Shown here: positions 62,682 to 64,000 of the stretch, piece after piece
Layout of the letters: every line of letters begins with the position of its first letter
Numbering within the stretch: position 1 is the first letter of the stretch
DNA from: a bacterium
GTDB lineage: Bacteria; SAR324; JACQKK01
DNA length: 64,000 nt
Reading direction: 5' to 3'
Assembly (NCBI GenBank): GCA_965240465.1
Contig: OZ251219.1
Coordinates: 79,624 to 143,623 of the forward strand
Translations under genes and position numbers: made by a program
The notes under the pieces: generated by a model
Database searches by the model: none
Told to the model about the DNA's origin: nothing
The model's input: only the letters and a program-made list of their open reading frames with translations

Positions 62682-63584
62682 TTAGACATTAAAAAATTTA
62701 TAATTAGTACACACCAAGGATTTTCTCATGACCTCCAATGGAGCAGTTTTATTAGTCCAAAAATGGAAGGTATGTGCTCCCTGATGAAGCAACATTCCCA
62801 AACCATTGAGGTGTTTAAGTCCTATTTTTTTAGCTTGTTTCAACAATGGAGTTTCCAAGGGGGAGTAGATAATATCCACCACCATTTCTTGGATATTGAG
62901 CTTTTCCAGAGAAACAGGGCTGCTTTGGTTATTTGTACCAACACTAGTAGTATTGATGAGTAAATCAGCAGTAAGTTGGTCGGTATCACGAAGAGAGATG
63001 GCTTGTATGTAAGGAACCCTTGATGTTAAATTATTAGTAGCATGATGCCCAAAGTACTGCTGCATATCTGCCACCAGCAAAGTAGCTTTCTTAACTGTGC
63101 GATTAGCCACCCACAACTGAGAACAGCCATCTTTTATCATGGAAAAAGCGATAGAACGGGCAGCACCACCAGCACCTAGCAACAACACCCGCTTGTTTTT
63201 TGATTGCCACCCCTGAGCTTCTTTCAAGGAGTCTAGGAATCCTAGACCATCAGTGTTATGCCCTCGCATATGGATACGGTTTTCTTTGTGTCCACAAAGC
63301 ACCGTGTTTACCGACTGTACCGTTTTTGCTTCAGGTGTCATTTCGTCAAGCAGGGGAAGAATAAGCTGCTTATAGGGAGCGGTCAAATTAAACCCGCTTA
63401 AACCCGCCCATCCTAAAGATTTCATTGCCTCCAGTAGCCGTTCAGGAACAATACGAAAAGGTACATAAACAGCGTTAATGTTAGCAGCTACAAAGGCAGC
63501 ATTTTGCATCAAAGGTGACAAACTGTGAGACAGAGGCATGCCAACTATACCATAAAGTTGACTTTTTCCGTTAACTGTCAACAT
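62682..63584 (-). CDS. aroE: Shikimate dehydrogenase
   Basis: N-terminal shikimate-binding motifs and a GAGGAARS NADP site. Confidence 0.85.
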   Translation of the reverse strand: MLTVNGKSQLYGIVGMPLSHSLSPLMQNAAFVAANINAVYVPFRIVPERLLEAMKSLGWAGLSGFNLTAPYKQLILPLLDEMTPEAKTVQSVNTVLCGHKENRIHMRGHNTDGLGFLDSLKEAQGWQSKNKRVLLLGAGGAARSIAFSMIKDGCSQLWVANRTVKKATLLVADMQQYFGHHATNNLTSRVPYIQAISLRDTDQLTADLLINTTSVGTNNQSSPVSLEKLNIQEMVVDIIYSPLETPLLKQAKKIGLKHLNGLGMLLHQGAHTFHFWTNKTAPLEVMRKSLVCTNYKFFNV

Positions 63585-63671
63585 GATTTGACTGCTAAAA
63601 ATTTTCCACTCAGTGGTATACCCATGACGCTCAGTGCTGTTACTTCCTGCTAAATTACCTTCACTGAAAGA

Positions 63672-64000
63672 TTACATTGCTTGACGTAACTGGTCTATCT
63701 TATCAGTTTTTTCCCAAGTGAAGGACGGCAGAGAACGACCAAAATGTCCATAAGTTGCAGTTTGTTGATAAATCGGACGCAATAAATCCAGCGTTTCAAT
63801 AATTTCTGAGGGTTTCAGTCCAAACACTTCTCTCACTATTAGTGCTAGGCGTTCATCACCAACCTCTCCTGTGCCAAAGGTGTTTACCATCACAGAGATA
63901 GGATCCGCAATGCCAATGGCGTAGGCAAACTGGACTTCACAACGCTTCGCTAGCGAGGCAGCCACGACGTTTTTTGCCACATAGCGTGCCATATAAGCTG
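63672..64000 (-). CDS. metK: S-adenosylmethionine synthetase, 3' part (C-terminal ~106 aa); the start lies beyond the window end
   Basis: Canonical MetK C-terminal domain ([29 protein letters not shown]). Confidence 0.9.
   Translation of the reverse strand, partial: AYMARYVAKNVVAASLAKRCEVQFAYAIGIADPISVMVNTFGTGEVGDERLALIVREVFGLKPSEIIETLDLLRPIYQQTATYGHFGRSLPSFTWEKTDKIDQLRQAM

Noticed and set aside
1-64000. Searched by eye for CRISPR arrays, IS elements, integrases near the four tRNA genes and selC, restriction-modification genes, toxin-antitoxin pairs and prophage genes.
   Set aside because: No array of regularly spaced repeats is present. No ORF has transposase or integrase (DDE or tyrosine recombinase) motifs. 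The tRNA flanks carry housekeeping genes (aroK/gnd, mfd/rpmB, metG, ampD/tsaD). Nothing supports a mobile element or defence island.

Overview
This 64-kb window reads as bacterial chromosomal core DNA, roughly 45% GC, and probably comes from a diderm (Gram-negative-type) organism. The diderm call rests on the MlaE/MCE lipid-transport genes, a SurA-like PPIase and several lipoproteins. I cannot assign a taxon. Most of the window is translation and cell-cycle housekeeping. The main contents are a partial str operon (rpsL-rpsG-fusA'), a truncated S10/spc ribosomal cluster (rpsS through infA) that diverges from ftsA-ftsZ, secY, adk, a complete t6A biosynthesis cluster (tsaC-tsaE-tsaB-tsaD), gyrA, mfd, guaB, metG, a proton-pumping pyrophosphatase, aromatic and heme biosynthesis genes, four tRNAs, and the selenocysteine genes selC (tRNA-Sec) and selB. 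No transposase, integrase, CRISPR array, restriction system or prophage gene is recognisable. The regions most worth follow-up are listed below.
- Two membrane proteins with FHA-like domains sit directly after ftsZ, at 25540-27636.
- An orphan lipoprotein and a 616-aa acidic protein with no recognisable domain lie in AT-rich flanks, at 30983-33885.
- A Trp-rich polytopic membrane protein appears translationally coupled to mlaE and a long MCE protein, with no ATPase gene adjacent, at 3122-7777.
- A tandem-duplicated gene for a small secreted protein lies at 11695-12427.
- An orphan parB, a bactofilin gene and selB are tightly spaced at 51764-54985.
- Ribosomal proteins S5, L30 and L22 carry basic low-complexity extensions.
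- The ribosomal gene order is rearranged at rplB|rpsS and after infA.
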